64,000 nt of DNA from Penicillus capitatus (Eukaryota; Plantae; Chlorophyta). The notes under the pieces were generated by a model. It was not told the origin of the DNA and did no database searches. It was given only the letters and a program-made list of their open reading frames with translations. Positions 37,781 to 50,983 of the stretch are shown in pieces; position 1 is the stretch's first letter, and the number at the start of each line of letters is the position of its first letter. The DNA lies in contig OZ287699.1 of assembly GCA_965649825.1 (NCBI GenBank), positions 1,022,477-1,086,476 of the forward strand, in the 5' to 3' direction. Made by a program: the position numbers and the translations under genes.

Positions 37781-40700
37781 ATGTATCTTTGGCAGGAGGA
37801 TGAGAGAATCATTCCGGATCACGCGCCACTGGCGACGCATCTGCAGAGACGGCGACGTGGTCGACGGGGCAATGGCATTGACGCGACGACCGTTTGCCAA
37901 GAGCGTCACGACGCGAAATCGGCAGAAGAGGCGGAGATGCATACCCGTGTATCGCTGCCGCTTCCAGTCCACGACTGCGCGCTGCGTCCATTGAAACAGG
38001 AGAGCTTTGTTCAGTATCTCGCCTACGAGGTCGAGTGTCGCCAAACGACGTTCCATACGACGCACGTTCCATTCGACGATACAGGGTGCCTGTCAAACAT
38101 GTCTCGATGGACTGCGAACGGAATCGAACGAACAAGCAAGCATGTATCTGCGAGACAACTGCAAGATACTGCGAGAGATTCTCAACGTGGATGCGTTCAT
38201 GTCACTTGCCAAACGGACAGAAGAAGGCGATCCGGCAGCGACAACCTCCAGCGATGATCGGTACGTCCTTGACAGGGCACAGAACGAAAGATCGCCTTTA
38301 AGTCATGAATCTGTCCAGGGCGGCTGTTCAAAAAGCGGACGGTCGCTTTCTGCGCGTTTCGGCGCGGCATATTCGCGATGCCTGCAGGAACAACGATGCC
38401 GTGTCGGCCGGCGATGCCCGTCAGCCATCGACAGCGAGGCAGATGGATGTCCAACTCAAGTACAGAGGTAGGGTACGCGTAAGACGATCGACAGATCGCA
38501 AACGGCGAGAGCGTTCGTTGCTGCAGAAGACATGATCACCAGTCCCTGCTCTGCAAAAGGGCACTGCTACCATTTCACACGAGATCTGCAAATTCCACTC
38601 ATATTCGATGCTGATGCGGTCGAAACGCTGACGGCGTGTTATCTGGAAGACGGTCGGCTCGTGGCCCAGGGAGAAATCGCTGTGAAACATCTGGTCCGTG
38701 TTGCCTCGGTGATCAATCTGTGCACGACGAGACAGAAGTAGGTGGAGATCGCCGAGAATCTTTCAGCGGAATCCCGAAACAACGCAAACGTATCGGACAT
38801 CGCATGCTGTGATGATGGTGACGAACAGAAAGGTCCTCCTTTTACAAGCATCGCAAACGAGACGCGACATCCTGACAGGTCCGCCAGAATCGAGAACGCC
38901 ATCGTCGCATTCGGCAAAGTGGATAGAACTGACAGACAAGGACGGCAAGTCTGTGACGCCCTTGTGTCTGGGAAAGGCGCACAACTGATGCCTCTCTTCT
39001 GTTCCAGGGCATTGCATCTGAGTCTCGCATTGGTGGTGCAGAGCGGAAATGTCGCTGCAGACGCCGCGAGGAGTAGAGCAGATCTGGGCGTCGAGGAAAA
39101 AACGCGGAACGAGAATATGTCTTCTGTTTGTCGCATTTCGAAGCTGCAGGTTCAGTCGCGTCTTTACAGAGAGTCATCAACATGACTGACGACTGGATTC
39201 AGATCTTCGAATGCCTCGTCGACAGCGTTCTCGATTTTGAGAAATGCGATAAGATCGAGCTCGATATCGGAGAAGCGTCGCTGTGGCTGCTCGACGCTTT
39301 CGCGAAAAAATTCAACGTCGCGACGAACCTACGTGATCTCTTTCATCTGACCTGGATCATCAAGTACAAACCAGCCTCGCTAAACAAGACCCCCTGCAAA
39401 TGTATGGCATCTCACTGTTCAGGACAGAGTCGCAGACGGTGACAGAGAATTGCGTGCGTTTTATCCTCCACAAATACGGTAACGTTTGCCGAGGTATGGC
39501 TTCGAAGATGGTCGTGTCTCTTCCGCTAATGTCGTTGTTTTGGAGAACTTGGAAGCGTAGACAAGGCGACATCGCTGTTTCGCAAAGTGTCAGTGCACTT
39601 GGAGGTATGCGTACTTAAGAAAGCGATCTCGGTCTTTACGAGAACGCCGTTTGAACAGTGTCTCTGCGCAATGGCCATCGAAAACTATTTCCGTCTGGCA
39701 GACGGCATCGAAAACGGCATCTGCGAACAGCAATGGAACAGTGCACTCGTAGTCTGTCCACCCTCGGTCCTCGAACCGACCGTTTCTCTCATAAGTCCGC
39801 ACAAACGCACACACAGAGAAGAGATTTCACAAGGGTGTATGGCGGAATAGGCTTGCTGGTCGACGCACACCAGGTCACCGAATCCACAACATGGTACGAG
39901 GCGAAATTCAAAACAGCAGTCCTCGCAAAGTACAGAAGAATCGAAGGTGAGGATACAAAGCGAGCGCATCGTGACAAGAGTAGCCTGTTCTGCAGAAAAC
40001 TGTATCATTGAATCGCAATGCGTTTCCGCATCGGAAGTCGAAAAGAGCGAGGCGCCCGAGGAAAAACGGAACAACAAGGAAGACAACAGCAGTCGCTGCT
40101 CAACCAACGAGGAGAATACGAAACCATTAGCAGAGATCTATGTCCAGCTCAAACGCATCTGCACGGCGTTGCGGCGCGATCTGGAAAAAGACCTCAGAAT
40201 TCAGGACGCTGCTGTTCTTCCAGAATCTGTGCATCTGCCGAGCATCACTGCCGAGATCTACGCGCAGGTAATGCCAGCACCACTGCTGTATGCGTAGCCT
40301 GTCTCTGAGTGGTATGGATGGGACAGGAGCTCAAACGTCGTCTGCTTCAATGCATGGAGGATATTCCACCGGATATGCCCACCCCTCAGGTGGTCGAGGC
40401 GTTTCTGGCCGTCGGCACTTTCTACGATCACCTTGCGGCACATGTTCCCCGTCGGGAGACGACAGAGGATGTGGATTTTCATCCAACGGATGTCCTGGCG
40501 CATTTCATCAGGGAATGGATGCGCCGTTCTCTGGTGCGCTTTCGTCGGTCTTGGCCGCAAGGCATGGACAACGCGTACAGGAAATGCTGTGCCGGACATG
40601 TGACTCCGCCGCCACGCAGCGGCATCTATTCGAATTCGACGAAGGTCCTCACTCTTTCGACAGAAAAGTGTGACCAGATGATGTACACATTAGGAGTCCG

Positions 40701-41944
40701 TGTACCTGTCTTGATAAAGAGTGTCCTCGCTCTGCTCCACGACGAAGTGCTCCTGTATCAACGAATCGTGGAATACTGGCCCTGCTTCGAAAACACATTG
40801 GAGCGTGTTGTCTGTGATGCATTGCGCTACGTCATGGCGACAATCTCAGAGGAATGCGGCATGTATCGAATACAAAAGGTAGATGTCCATGCTGTTGTCC
40901 TCGGCACAGATATGGCAGCGGCCGATGTCTTTCAGCATAGCCCGAGCACAGACGCTCGATGTGTACCGTATGAGGAGACAACGCCTTCAAGACCGTCCTC
41001 GTGTTGGCAATGGAAAGGAGTTTCAGATTTTGCACAGAGTACCCATGAATCGGCTGAGACGCTGCTCACGTCCGCCCAGGCACGGCATATCAGCGTAGCT
41101 CTCTCGCCCACGACACCTGCATTCCCGCCATGCATACGTAGATCCTTCTGCTCCACGCGTTGCACAAGCTAATGGTGGAGGTGCCACACTTTGAAGACAT
41201 CCTTACGAAATGGACACAGTCAAGCGCCGCAAATTCAAGTGCAAAGCTATGCGTTTGCCTTCGTGTTTGCCGAGTGTCCAGTCAAAGGGATGGAGGAGGT
41301 CGGCTGCGAATGCGGTCTGTTGGCAGGAGAGCTCAGAAGTCAGTTCAGCAGTGCTGTCGTCTTTACATCACAGAAACTGATGCACACACTCGCCGTCGGA
41401 TGTCACATCGATTTCCCTGCCCTTCTGCACCACATCGGCGCGTCTTTTCCAGAGGGTGCGTTGCGCAGTGCGCCACAGGGCATCCATATACACACGTGTC
41501 TGCTCTCAGGGGCGACCCCTTCGGAAGTGCAAACCTCTGCAACTGGGCATTTTGAGTGCCTGCGACAAGGACTCGTGGATCTCTTGCCTTTGCTGGACGA
41601 TCGGGTGTTCATTTCTTTGATCCGAGGTCTCTGGGATAACGTTGCCAAAGATCTCTTTCTCTTTGTTGTGGATCTCAGAGAAGATCCAGCGCATCATGTT
41701 CAGGTGCAGCCCGCATATATCTGAAACGATGGCGGGTGATTTCGCGTCGTAGGCGTGGCGGACTCGAATGCATTGCTCAGTCATCGCCGATTCATGTGAC
41801 GGCTTTTTTCGACATCTCCTAACTGACCACTTTTCCCATGAATTAACAGATACAGACATGGTACCTCCCATGCATGCTAGAAAAATTCGAGAAATGCTTG
41901 ATGATAACTCAAAACGCGTCAACATGACGTTTTCGGTATACTAG
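37781..41944 (+). CDS. Large helical-repeat protein similar to plant At4g24610/At5g48310 (Munc13-homology-like); 5' end uncertain
   Basis: Exon peptides LPESVHLPSITAEIY, PPDMPTPQV, YQRIVEYWP and DDRVFISLIRGLWDNVAKDLFLFV, plus the last exon AWRTR...DMVPPMHARKIREML, recall this family. Assignment is from memory, not a search. Confidence 0.6.
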
Positions 41945-42240
41945 TTAGAATCTCTAAACTGGGGATGGATCGACGGATGTATGGATAGATGGATGTTGAG
42001 TGTTCGTTATCTCCCTGGCGCCCACTTATTTGTGGTTCATTGACGCTGAATTAAATCGGTAGGAATCGTCCATCCACCAACAACGAAATGTCGCCTTTCA
42101 AGGTGAAGAACGTCTAGACACAAGGGACACTCGAGCGTTGTTTCTAACACAAAGACAGCGTCCGTCATCGGCATTGAATGAAATCTCTTATTGGAAAGAA
42201 TGAACGCAAAGTGGTCTCATATCAACACCGCTGGGTAATT

Positions 42241-45200
42241 TCATGGCATGAATCCCAATGGTGGATCCCCCAGATCATAATCTGGCAACCTCTGACTATC
42301 ATCAGTCAGTTCAGAAGATCCCATCAGAACCTCATGCAAATAATCTTCGCGCGATCTCTCAGGATTTGCTCCCATCAATCCAACCTCTTCGCACATACTG
42401 ATTCTTCTGCTGTGGAATAAGTCAGAAGTACTGTTTGTACGAGGGCTTGATATGCTGCTGTTGCGAGATGAGTTGGATTTTGCAAGCATCCAACCTGTCT
42501 TTCGCCTGAGATCTTCAGCCACTTCTTCTTTGACAGACATGCCATAGTCTGGAGGTGTCGTTGTGCGTGACAGACCTATTTTTTGCCAATGGCGTTGCAA
42601 CAGGCGCCCCTCGGGAACAAACGGATCTCGAATGGCATCACCAACCTCGTCCCCGAATTCCTGTTTTACAAGATTATTATCCTGGAAGCAGGCATGGGTA
42701 TTAGAAGGCAGGATAGTGTATAGGACTGGCAGACTTCGATGGCATGGACGATTCGATCGGCCAAATCCGTTTCTTTAAATGTGTTCCTGAGTCGTTCCAT
42801 CACCTCTCCACATTCGTCTGCTACGTTATCGGTAAACCCCATGGATGTGTAAGCCAGCACACCTCCAAACTGCCGGCTTGGCTTCAAGCTCTGCATCATG
42901 ACAGCAGTTTACAGTGGAGAGATAAATGCACGGCTGTTTACTGGATGAAGTGCTTCTTCAACATAGGGCAGCCGCACCGCCGTCAGTTCCTGTGTCCCCA
43001 GAAACATTCCAATGCTCAGAAGACACTGATTGGCAAAGAACAACACCGAAACGATCTGTGCTGCCGAACAGTCGTTAAACGTGTTCCCTTCAGGCTAAAA
43101 AACAGACATCAGTACTCAGATCATCTGAAAGAGAAACACACTTCGTCCAAAGCTTCCTTCCATAAACCATGCACAAATTGAAGACTCTTGACCCTTCCTC
43201 TGACGGTACTTTTAGACATGAGCGTGTAGAAGAGAGCTGAAAGCTCTGAGAAATTATAGGGCGAGTTCCCAGAGTTCTTGAGCGTTGCATAGATGGAACT
43301 TAGCACACTGGTCGTTTGCATGTCTGATAACGGAGTATTCCTTGGCCCAACAGGCAGAATCATCCTGAGAATTCCTTGGACATACACGGCCAATGCTGGT
43401 GGGAGATCTTCCACCATTCCCAGCAGTTTATAAATCGTATTATCAAATTTCCTAACTGGCAAACGGCCTCCCTGCATCGGCAACATATGAAGGGTAGATA
43501 GATGGTTTAGCATGAGGGTGCATTGGAGGACTTACGTCTTCGGGGAGATCTGCCAATGCTTCTGCTGCTGCCATGACACACTCGAAAAGGGCAATATTTG
43601 TTTTTGTTTGCAGCACTTTGTCATCATCTACAATGACCTGGTCACGTTTGTCTAGAACTCCTAAAAGAGTGTCGACGAGTTGCATGGCCCCCTCTACTTT
43701 GCGTGCCATTTCTGCAATACCGCACAGAATAACAGACCTGCCAGCAATCATGACTCAGATCTCAGCTTAACAGAATCGTCGGAAATGTGCATTCACCTGA
43801 GCATCCGTTCGTCGTGCTCAGCGTTCGTTGCCTGCTGCTGCACAGCAGCAGCACAGAGGCCGGAACATGCTCGATCATCCCTAGTGCGAGCACACAAGAA
43901 AGATCAGAGAGGGGATCGAGTGGGTGGTCATGTCATGCCTGTTTCCAAAGTATGTCGCTACCGGGATGAGCTCGTTCTCGGCATCGAACTTAGGTTTCGG
44001 CAACTGGCGGTGCAGACAGTCTAGGCACTGACTCAATACGAGAACAGCCATCTGCGAGTCCTGACTGAGTCCTTCTTCCAATGCTCTTTTGATCAATGAG
44101 ATGCGTTCTGGAAATGGAAGTCCAGTGTCTTTAGCAGCATGTCTCAGCAGAATTTTGAACAGCAAAAACTGCTGATGCTCTCTTGCAAAAGCGTCGTGCA
44201 TAACATCAAATGATGTTCCGACAATCTCTGCACCTAACCAGCCGTGGCGTTCATCCAATTGATTCAGCAGCACATTCAAGATGCGCTCTGCACTGCGTGC
44301 AGCCTACATAACCAGAGTTCTTACGTGAAGAGAGACCTGTTGCTCTGTGAGACCATACCCTTGTCAGATTTCCGAGCTCCCTTAGAACTTGGGCAGCGAC
44401 TGGTCCAGGACCGTCTGCTGTAATAAAGTCCTCACCAAAGTGTGCTGTTCGCATTGTGAATCCAAAATCAAATGATGTTCTGGCTTCATGATGTGGTCGT
44501 CGACTGCGGAAGGTCTGCATTGGCTGAAGGCTGTTCAATCCATTCCAGATTCGTCCAACGGGGGACGCTGGTCGACTCGTCGATCCTCCGCCAAACCTTG
44601 AGCTTGGCTCATCCGTTATGTTCAGCTGCAGGAAATCCTTCGAGTCCAGGTTGTCTAGTACGCATGCCATGATGTTCTCGATGTAGCCATCCTTCTCCCC
44701 TAGAGGAACCGAGAGCTTGTGCATCAGAGCTACATGCTCTCTCAAGCTTCGCAGACAGGCAACTCGCAATTCGAGCGTCAGTTTCTTCTCTTCTCGCTTC
44801 TGATCGGTCACCTTCGACATTGTACTGCAGATGTTACAAACCAAAAGTACAAGTTCCTCAAGACGATTGAAATTAACAGAATCGCTCTGAGATGTGAACA
44901 ACACACATATGCACAAAGAGTGAGATGATGATCGATGCCTAACCTGCTTCTTGAGAAAATGTGCCAGAAGCTCTGCTCCGAGAATTTGTAAGTGCATCGA
45001 CTTGTTCTTGAGAAGAATCTCGATCTGCGGCCACCACAACCATCACGTTCTCACAATTTCAGTTCGCAATCATCATATCTGCCCTTACCACTGGATTTTC
45101 TTTGATGATTAGCTCTTGCGCATAGAGAACCACATCTTTGACTTGCGAATGCCATAGAAGGTACACGTAAGCGTGTACGGCGATTTTTACGTATCCCAAG

Positions 45201-45505
45201 TTAACTAAAGCGTCTCCGAAGCACCTACCTTTCCGTGTCATAGCTTTCTGTATCTCACCTGATTTCGATTTCAGTTCCGAACGTATCCTCCTCTCCAGTC
45301 TCCTGGAAACTTTGGAGGTGTTCTTGGGATGGTGTTTGATGTATTCGTGCAGTTTTTCTAGTTTCTTCCCGGTGGCGTACGGCAAGTCTTCGTCGATGGA
45401 CGGAGGCTTGAGTGGAAAAATCGACGGCACGAGGATGTTGTAGCGCTTCACAGGAAATCTTGAAGCTGGCATAGGACTCAAACCAAAACAATTGCACAAA
45501 CTCAT
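42241..45505 (-). CDS. EFR3: EFR3-like / SRL2-like ARM-repeat plasma-membrane scaffold
   Basis: N-terminal Cys cluster MSLCNCF followed by PVKRYNILVPSIFP...KLEKLHEYIKHHP...RRLERRIRSEL...LGYVKIAV, the EFR3 N-terminal pattern. Confidence 0.75.
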
Positions 45506-46110
45506 TCTGTACACCACACAGTGCGTTGGAAAACGTAACGACGACGCTGCTTACGTTGAGATGTCAAGAGCGAGAAAGCACGAACGTACGAACACGTAAC
45601 TAGACGACGAGCGAAGGTAGCGCGTTGTTGCTCTCGAGCGATAAGATTAGCCGTGGACGTGAGAAATGTGACAAGATGGTAGCGATAAACGTGAAGTGAA
45701 CGGTACGAGACATCGACTCCCGCTGACGACTTGTAGTAATGATGTGATGGACGGTCACATAAATCTCACACTTTAGAACGATATTGGCACCAGATGTGCC
45801 CACAAAAATGAGTATTCTAATCTTTTTAGCTCGTACTACAGTGAGAATCGAATGTACCGCACGTCTCAAATATAGGGATGGCGGTGAATGTGTGCGAGAA
45901 AGCTAGGCGGATGTCTGACTGTCTCATTCTTTTTCACACAGGATTTACAAACTGTCTGCGTCGCAAAGACAAGACTGTGAGGTGCCTGTTTGTTTCGTTG
46001 GGAGACTGTCTTTGAAGTAGTCGTTGTTCGAAAACTCGCATTTTCGATCAAGTCTTTCCGCTATCTTCTCGGAAAGCACCTCACCTAGTGGCTTCTTTCC
46101 TCGTTGCCAA

Positions 46111-46474
46111 TTACCAGCTGGCCTTCGTCACCCCAGGGATCATCCCTTTTCGTGCCATGTCTCTGAGGCACTCAGCTCATCTTCAGTCAAGAGGAAGTCA
46201 TGAAGCTTTCATCGCACCTGAAAGTGATCCGACTCAATCCGAAAAAACTGAGGACTCCACCGCCGCGGCCTGTCACTTTGCATCGGTTTCGGATGCGGAC
46301 GAAACTACTGTTACGCGGTAATTCCTCGATCTTTCTTCTCGCCAGTTCCCTCATCTCGACAGGGTTCGCCATATTCTCTGCCACGGACTTGTAGAAGATC
46401 CTTTCCAATGCATGCTTGGCAAAGAGCAGGCGTTTTCTTCGATCCCGTGCAATGAAGTTACGAAAGATGCCCAT
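46111..46474 (-). CDS. RPS14: Nucleus-encoded mitochondrial-type ribosomal protein S14 (2 exons)
   Basis: RD..KRLL.AK...FYK, LPRNSSFVRIRNRC.VTGR and SRITFR; intron 46163-46217 restores DMARKGMIPGVTKASW-stop. Confidence 0.92.
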
Positions 46475-46610
46475 CTTAATAGAAATGTTTGTTCGTTCGC
46501 GTGTTTCGATCAAGTGGCCTTCAACGAACCGATCGACCGTATCCGCCAATCTGAGGCCGAGGTCGAATTCTTATTGAAAAACGCGTGGCTGCCGTTAGAG
46601 AATTCTCCAG

Positions 46611-47556
46611 ATGTCTTCGCGTATTTCTATGAATCCGTTGCTCCTCTCCTTCTCTGATAGATGTCTCGAGACGAAATACACGGAATGGAGGACGCGGGGC
46701 ACATTCGTGGCAATGGATCGAACGTTTTGCTATGTCAACCTCTTTACTCATGTGTTCTTAGCTAGAACAGAGTTCTCTGGCGATGGGACCTATGTGGGAT
46801 GCATGCTTGTCTGTCTCAGTGTCTTAACTTATCTGTTCCAACTCCTGCTGATCGGTTTTCAAGATGGCCAACTTTGGTTGGAGCATAGGGCATACTTTAT
46901 TTCGTCGTTGAGGGTTTTTAGAGTAGCTCTTTCTGTCGTCGGCATACCGTTATGGATCCGAGGGACTTCGCATAACTGGCTAACATTTGTTCGAATGTTG
47001 GTGTTCAAGAGTGGAGCAGTGTTGAATGTATGGATGGCATTTGGAATGCCCGTTATCCTGTCGCAGCATCTGCTGATCCACTTACCACTTTCACTCCTCA
47101 TGCTCGTGGCGACAGGGTGGCCTTCCTGCCGGGATCTCATACAGTCAACAGACGGCGTCGACAAAATATCACTGCTGAAAGATAATGTGAACGGGATGAT
47201 CTCACTATTACTCTTCTCCTACCTTCGTGTGATTGTCTTAGGTCGATAATGTTTTGGAATGGATCGTTAGACCGGATTCGATGCTGAATGCAGAGAGAAA
47301 GCGACTGAGTGGTGACGGATTCTATGAATGCTGCCGTTTGCTGAACATTGTGCACATGACTCTGAGCATGGTGTTTCCTTCCTTTGTCTTATGGCTGCTC
47401 GAAAAGCAATCCAGGATGTCGTTCATCAACGTTATTCAGCAGTCCCAAGACTCGCACTTGCGAAGAGTCTTCGTAGACACGACGCCTGTACCGGATGCAC
47501 CTAAAATGGCCATCCTCTTAATAACGACCGTTCTCGCCCTGGCTGCTTTGTTTTAA
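46611..47556 (+). CDS. Polytopic membrane protein of unknown function (about 6-7 TM)
   Basis: ORFs 46611-47249 and 47254-47556 each carry several hydrophobic helices, with a probable short intron between them. Confidence 0.6.
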
Positions 47557-48334
47557 TCATTGTTTTGCCCCTTTGGCACACAGCTACGGCTGAACCTTGT
47601 GGGTTACAGGAAGTATTTAGTCCGGGAGCTACAGATGTACTCATAGTCGTAAAATTACGTATCTTGTGAACTGATAGCTCCATGAACCTTCAGAAGAGAG
47701 AATTCTGAAAGAATTTGCCAAGTGCTGTATCTCGAGGACTGTGTCTCGAGGACTGACTGACACATTCATTGAGAAAAGCTCCAAATTAGCCTTTTTACAT
47801 TGTCCAAACTTAATACAATGGCTTTCGCCCTTGCAAATTTAGTTTGATTGTTGAATGTATCAATGCCCTTCGAAGCGGCGGTAATCCACCGAAGTCTTGG
47901 GCGAATTCAAACGAGATAAAAGCAACGGTAATGGAAAAGGAGTCTGTTCTGTTGCATTCATGGTATGACGAAGCCACACGTTCTGCACTATCACTTCTGG
48001 GATCTTCTGTTAGCGAAGTCATCAGGTGCCATTAGACGGTAGTGGTCGAAGTCTCCAAATCGTATAAAGAGATACCAAGCGTGGCCAAGTGTTGGTATCC
48101 GTACTTAGCAAGAACTGCTGCTTCGTGCACTTCCTTCGTCTCTTCCGGTTTCCCCCGATTTAGTACCTGCGACTGGTAGGTATTTAAAGCCAAAAGCGTG
48201 CTGTAGAGTGCAAATGGAGAAGCTCGGAGAAGTCCAAGACTCGAGAACTGCTGCACTGGCAAGCGCGGTCAGTGAATGTCCGGACGGAAACGAAATCAAT
48301 CTTTACAGCTTTGTTTTTTAAAGCAAAAAAAACC

Positions 48335-48574
48335 AAAAGTTGTGATTACAAAAGATTTTGTTCGGGTGGTGACCCTATCACAGGCCCCAGAACTTGGCGC
48401 GACGATGTCCATTCCCCGCCGGGACCCGTCCAAATCGGTGCGGGCGTGCCAGACTCGACCGGGTCAACACCAATGGGACGTCCCTCCTCTGAGTCCGGTG
48501 CAAGGATCCATCCCCCGTGTCGTACTTCTCGACATGGCCTAGCTGCGCCATGCCGCTTCGGGTGGATCCTCACA
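48335..48574 (-). mobile_element. tRNA-derived SINE-like element or Pol III ncRNA, copy B
   Basis: The reverse complement aligns with 4230-4470. A-box TGGCGCAGCTAGG, perfect 5-bp stem with 7-nt loop TGTCG-AGAAGTA-CGACA, degenerate B-box, conserved GGGACGTCCC palindrome and ACAAAA..TTTTGT hairpin, T-rich tail. Confidence 0.65.
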
Positions 48575-48964
48575 ATACTGTTTTCAAACACATCCTATCC
48601 CCAAAAATTTCCGTTGCGTGGACGGAAACTGAAGGTCGATGCACCTGACGCGACAAGACGACTCATCTCGACGGAGCCAAAGGCTCAATTTGCTTAAGCT
48701 TGGAGGTTCGGAGGTTTAACAAGCTACGGGTAACGCCGTGAAAGAGTTACTTAAGATACTCCGACTCTCAGAATCTCGTGGAGAAGTTTTTTGATTGAAG
48801 CTTGGAAAACTTCTGGTTCCCAATATAGACTGAGTATTCCTCGCTGTTGAGTTGTAAGTATGATTATCAATTATTTTGCGTTCTAATCTATTCTTTTCTG
48901 CGCACTTTATGGCTCCGATGTCTAGTCATGCGAAAGATAAACAATCTAGTGATTCGTGCATCAT

Positions 48965-50909
48965 TCACCGACCGTATAAACAACTGCCTTGATGAGACTT
49001 AAAGAGCAAAGAAGCATTCGTACCACCAAATCCAAAAGAATTTGAAAGAGCATAGATTTCTGAGCCCTCCAACGACCGTGGCGCATTCGTTATGTGCGTG
49101 TTCAGAAGAGGTGGATCCGGAGAACGCAGATTGACTGTCGGAGGTGCCTTACCATGGAAAACAGACAACACAGTGTAGACCTAAATCCACAGAATCCAAC
49201 AAAAGGCCTTTAATAGAACAAAACATTACGGCCTCTACAGCACCAGCTGCCCCCAAGAGATGTCCAATTGCTCCTTTGGTTGACGATACATATGTTTTGG
49301 CTTCATCTGTCACATCGGATTCAAACACTGTCTTGATAGCTTGCATTTCGATGGCATCACCTGTGCAGAGTCTTCACGCTTTGTTTATCTCAAAAGCACG
49401 CTCTGTTACCAACAGGAGTGGATGTGGCATGACAGTTAATGTACTGAATGCGCCCGGATGGAACGTTCGCCTGTTGCAATGCCGATTTCATCGCAGCAAT
49501 TGCTCCGGTACCAGACGGATGAGGATGCGTGAGATGATGCCCATCGCCACTTGCTCCATAGCCACAAACCTAGTCGCGCATCTCCATTCAGACTCTGTTT
49601 CATGAGAAGGGAGCTCACTTCTGCATAGATCTGAGCTTTGCGTTGAATCGCGCGATCCAATCTCTCGAGAATGACCATCCCCGCGCCTTCGCTCAGAACA
49701 AAACCGTCTCTTCTCTCGTCGAATGGGCAAGAGGCTCTAAAAACGAATCCCCTCGATGGAAACAGAAATGAGATCATTCTACGAGGCCGGGTCGGCGTTG
49801 TGCTTCGTCGAGAGTGCTTTCATCCTGCCAAACCCATTAAAGGCAATGGCATCGATGCACGATTCACTGCCGCCTGCTACCTCAAAACACACAGGGTTGG
49901 TTTGTAAATGTCTCTGTAAAATCCGCAGGGTTGATCAAGATGATACCATAACATCTGCTTGTCCTGTCTTGATCCAATGGTATGCATCACCGATCGCATG
50001 GGCACCAGCGGCACAGGCAGCACTGCTGCAGAGATTGGGTCCTTGAAACCCATATCTGACAGAACTTCACAAGGATATGTAGGAATAGAGCTGCATGCAG
50101 ACCTGACACTAATGTTCCCCGCAGCCATGTTCGGTAGGATCTTCGCAATGAAGTAAGGACTCACTTTCCTGGGCGATTTGACCATCTGAACAGCAGCACT
50201 CCGTCAGAGATCCCTTACATCGCGAGATGATGTGACGCGCCATTGTATCCCATGTCGCTGTCATCTCGTGCGTTCCGCTCATTCCAACTCCAACAGAGAC
50301 GCCAATCCTTGATTTGTCTAATCCTTTGATCTCTAACACTTTTGCATCATTTAATGCCTAAGAGATCACAGGTGAATTCGATCTGTTCTGAAGGAGACAC
50401 TTCTGCAGCTGCCGTTTCCGAAAAATCGACAAAGGACAATGCAGTTCGATGATCCTATCGAAGACATGGTCACACAAACGTCACATCATTTGAGAACAGT
50501 AACGTCGCACATGATTTGGTCTCCATGGGCAATTCAGCAAGGCCTGACGAGGAACGACGGCCACCACTTGAGACGTCAACGCTGCCATCAAAGATCGATG
50601 ATGCTGCAAAAAGGCCGCGATTACAACAGACAGTATAGATGTATGCTTCCTTCACCTCCGGAAAATGCTCTGGCTCCAATCTCCGCACCGCTGAGCGGCA
50701 CTGCATCAACCCTTCCCAATTCTGACACACGCCAATCCCTGCCCCATCCATTTCTCCTGGATCCTCTATCTGCGCCCTCTCTCACCGAGAGGAGTCACCA
50801 ATCCGAGGCCTGTGATGACAACCCGGACGGATCGATCCGTCGAGAATCCGTGTCTTGAGTAGGCATCATTGAAGAGTCGCCGCGAGATGGCTCTCAGGTG
50901 ACGATGCAT
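48965..50909 (-). CDS. OXSM: Mitochondrial 3-oxoacyl-ACP synthase (mtKAS, FabF-like)
   Basis: Presequence [13 protein letters not shown]...; [62 protein letters not shown] and [15 protein letters not shown]. Confidence 0.92.
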
Positions 50910-50983
50910 GGCGTCACATCGATCAACACGACGCCATTCTGTGTTGTTTGCCCCAACGGTTCGTCGTTTTTCTCGGGGTCACG

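Noticed and set aside
48250-48299. Peptide SFPSGHSLTALASAAVL resembling the PAP2/haloperoxidase PSGH motif
   Set aside because: No KxxxxxxRP or SRxxxxxHxxxD motifs found in the flanks, no ATG or good acceptor, and it overlaps the tail region of the repeat element. Probably chance or a tiny relic.
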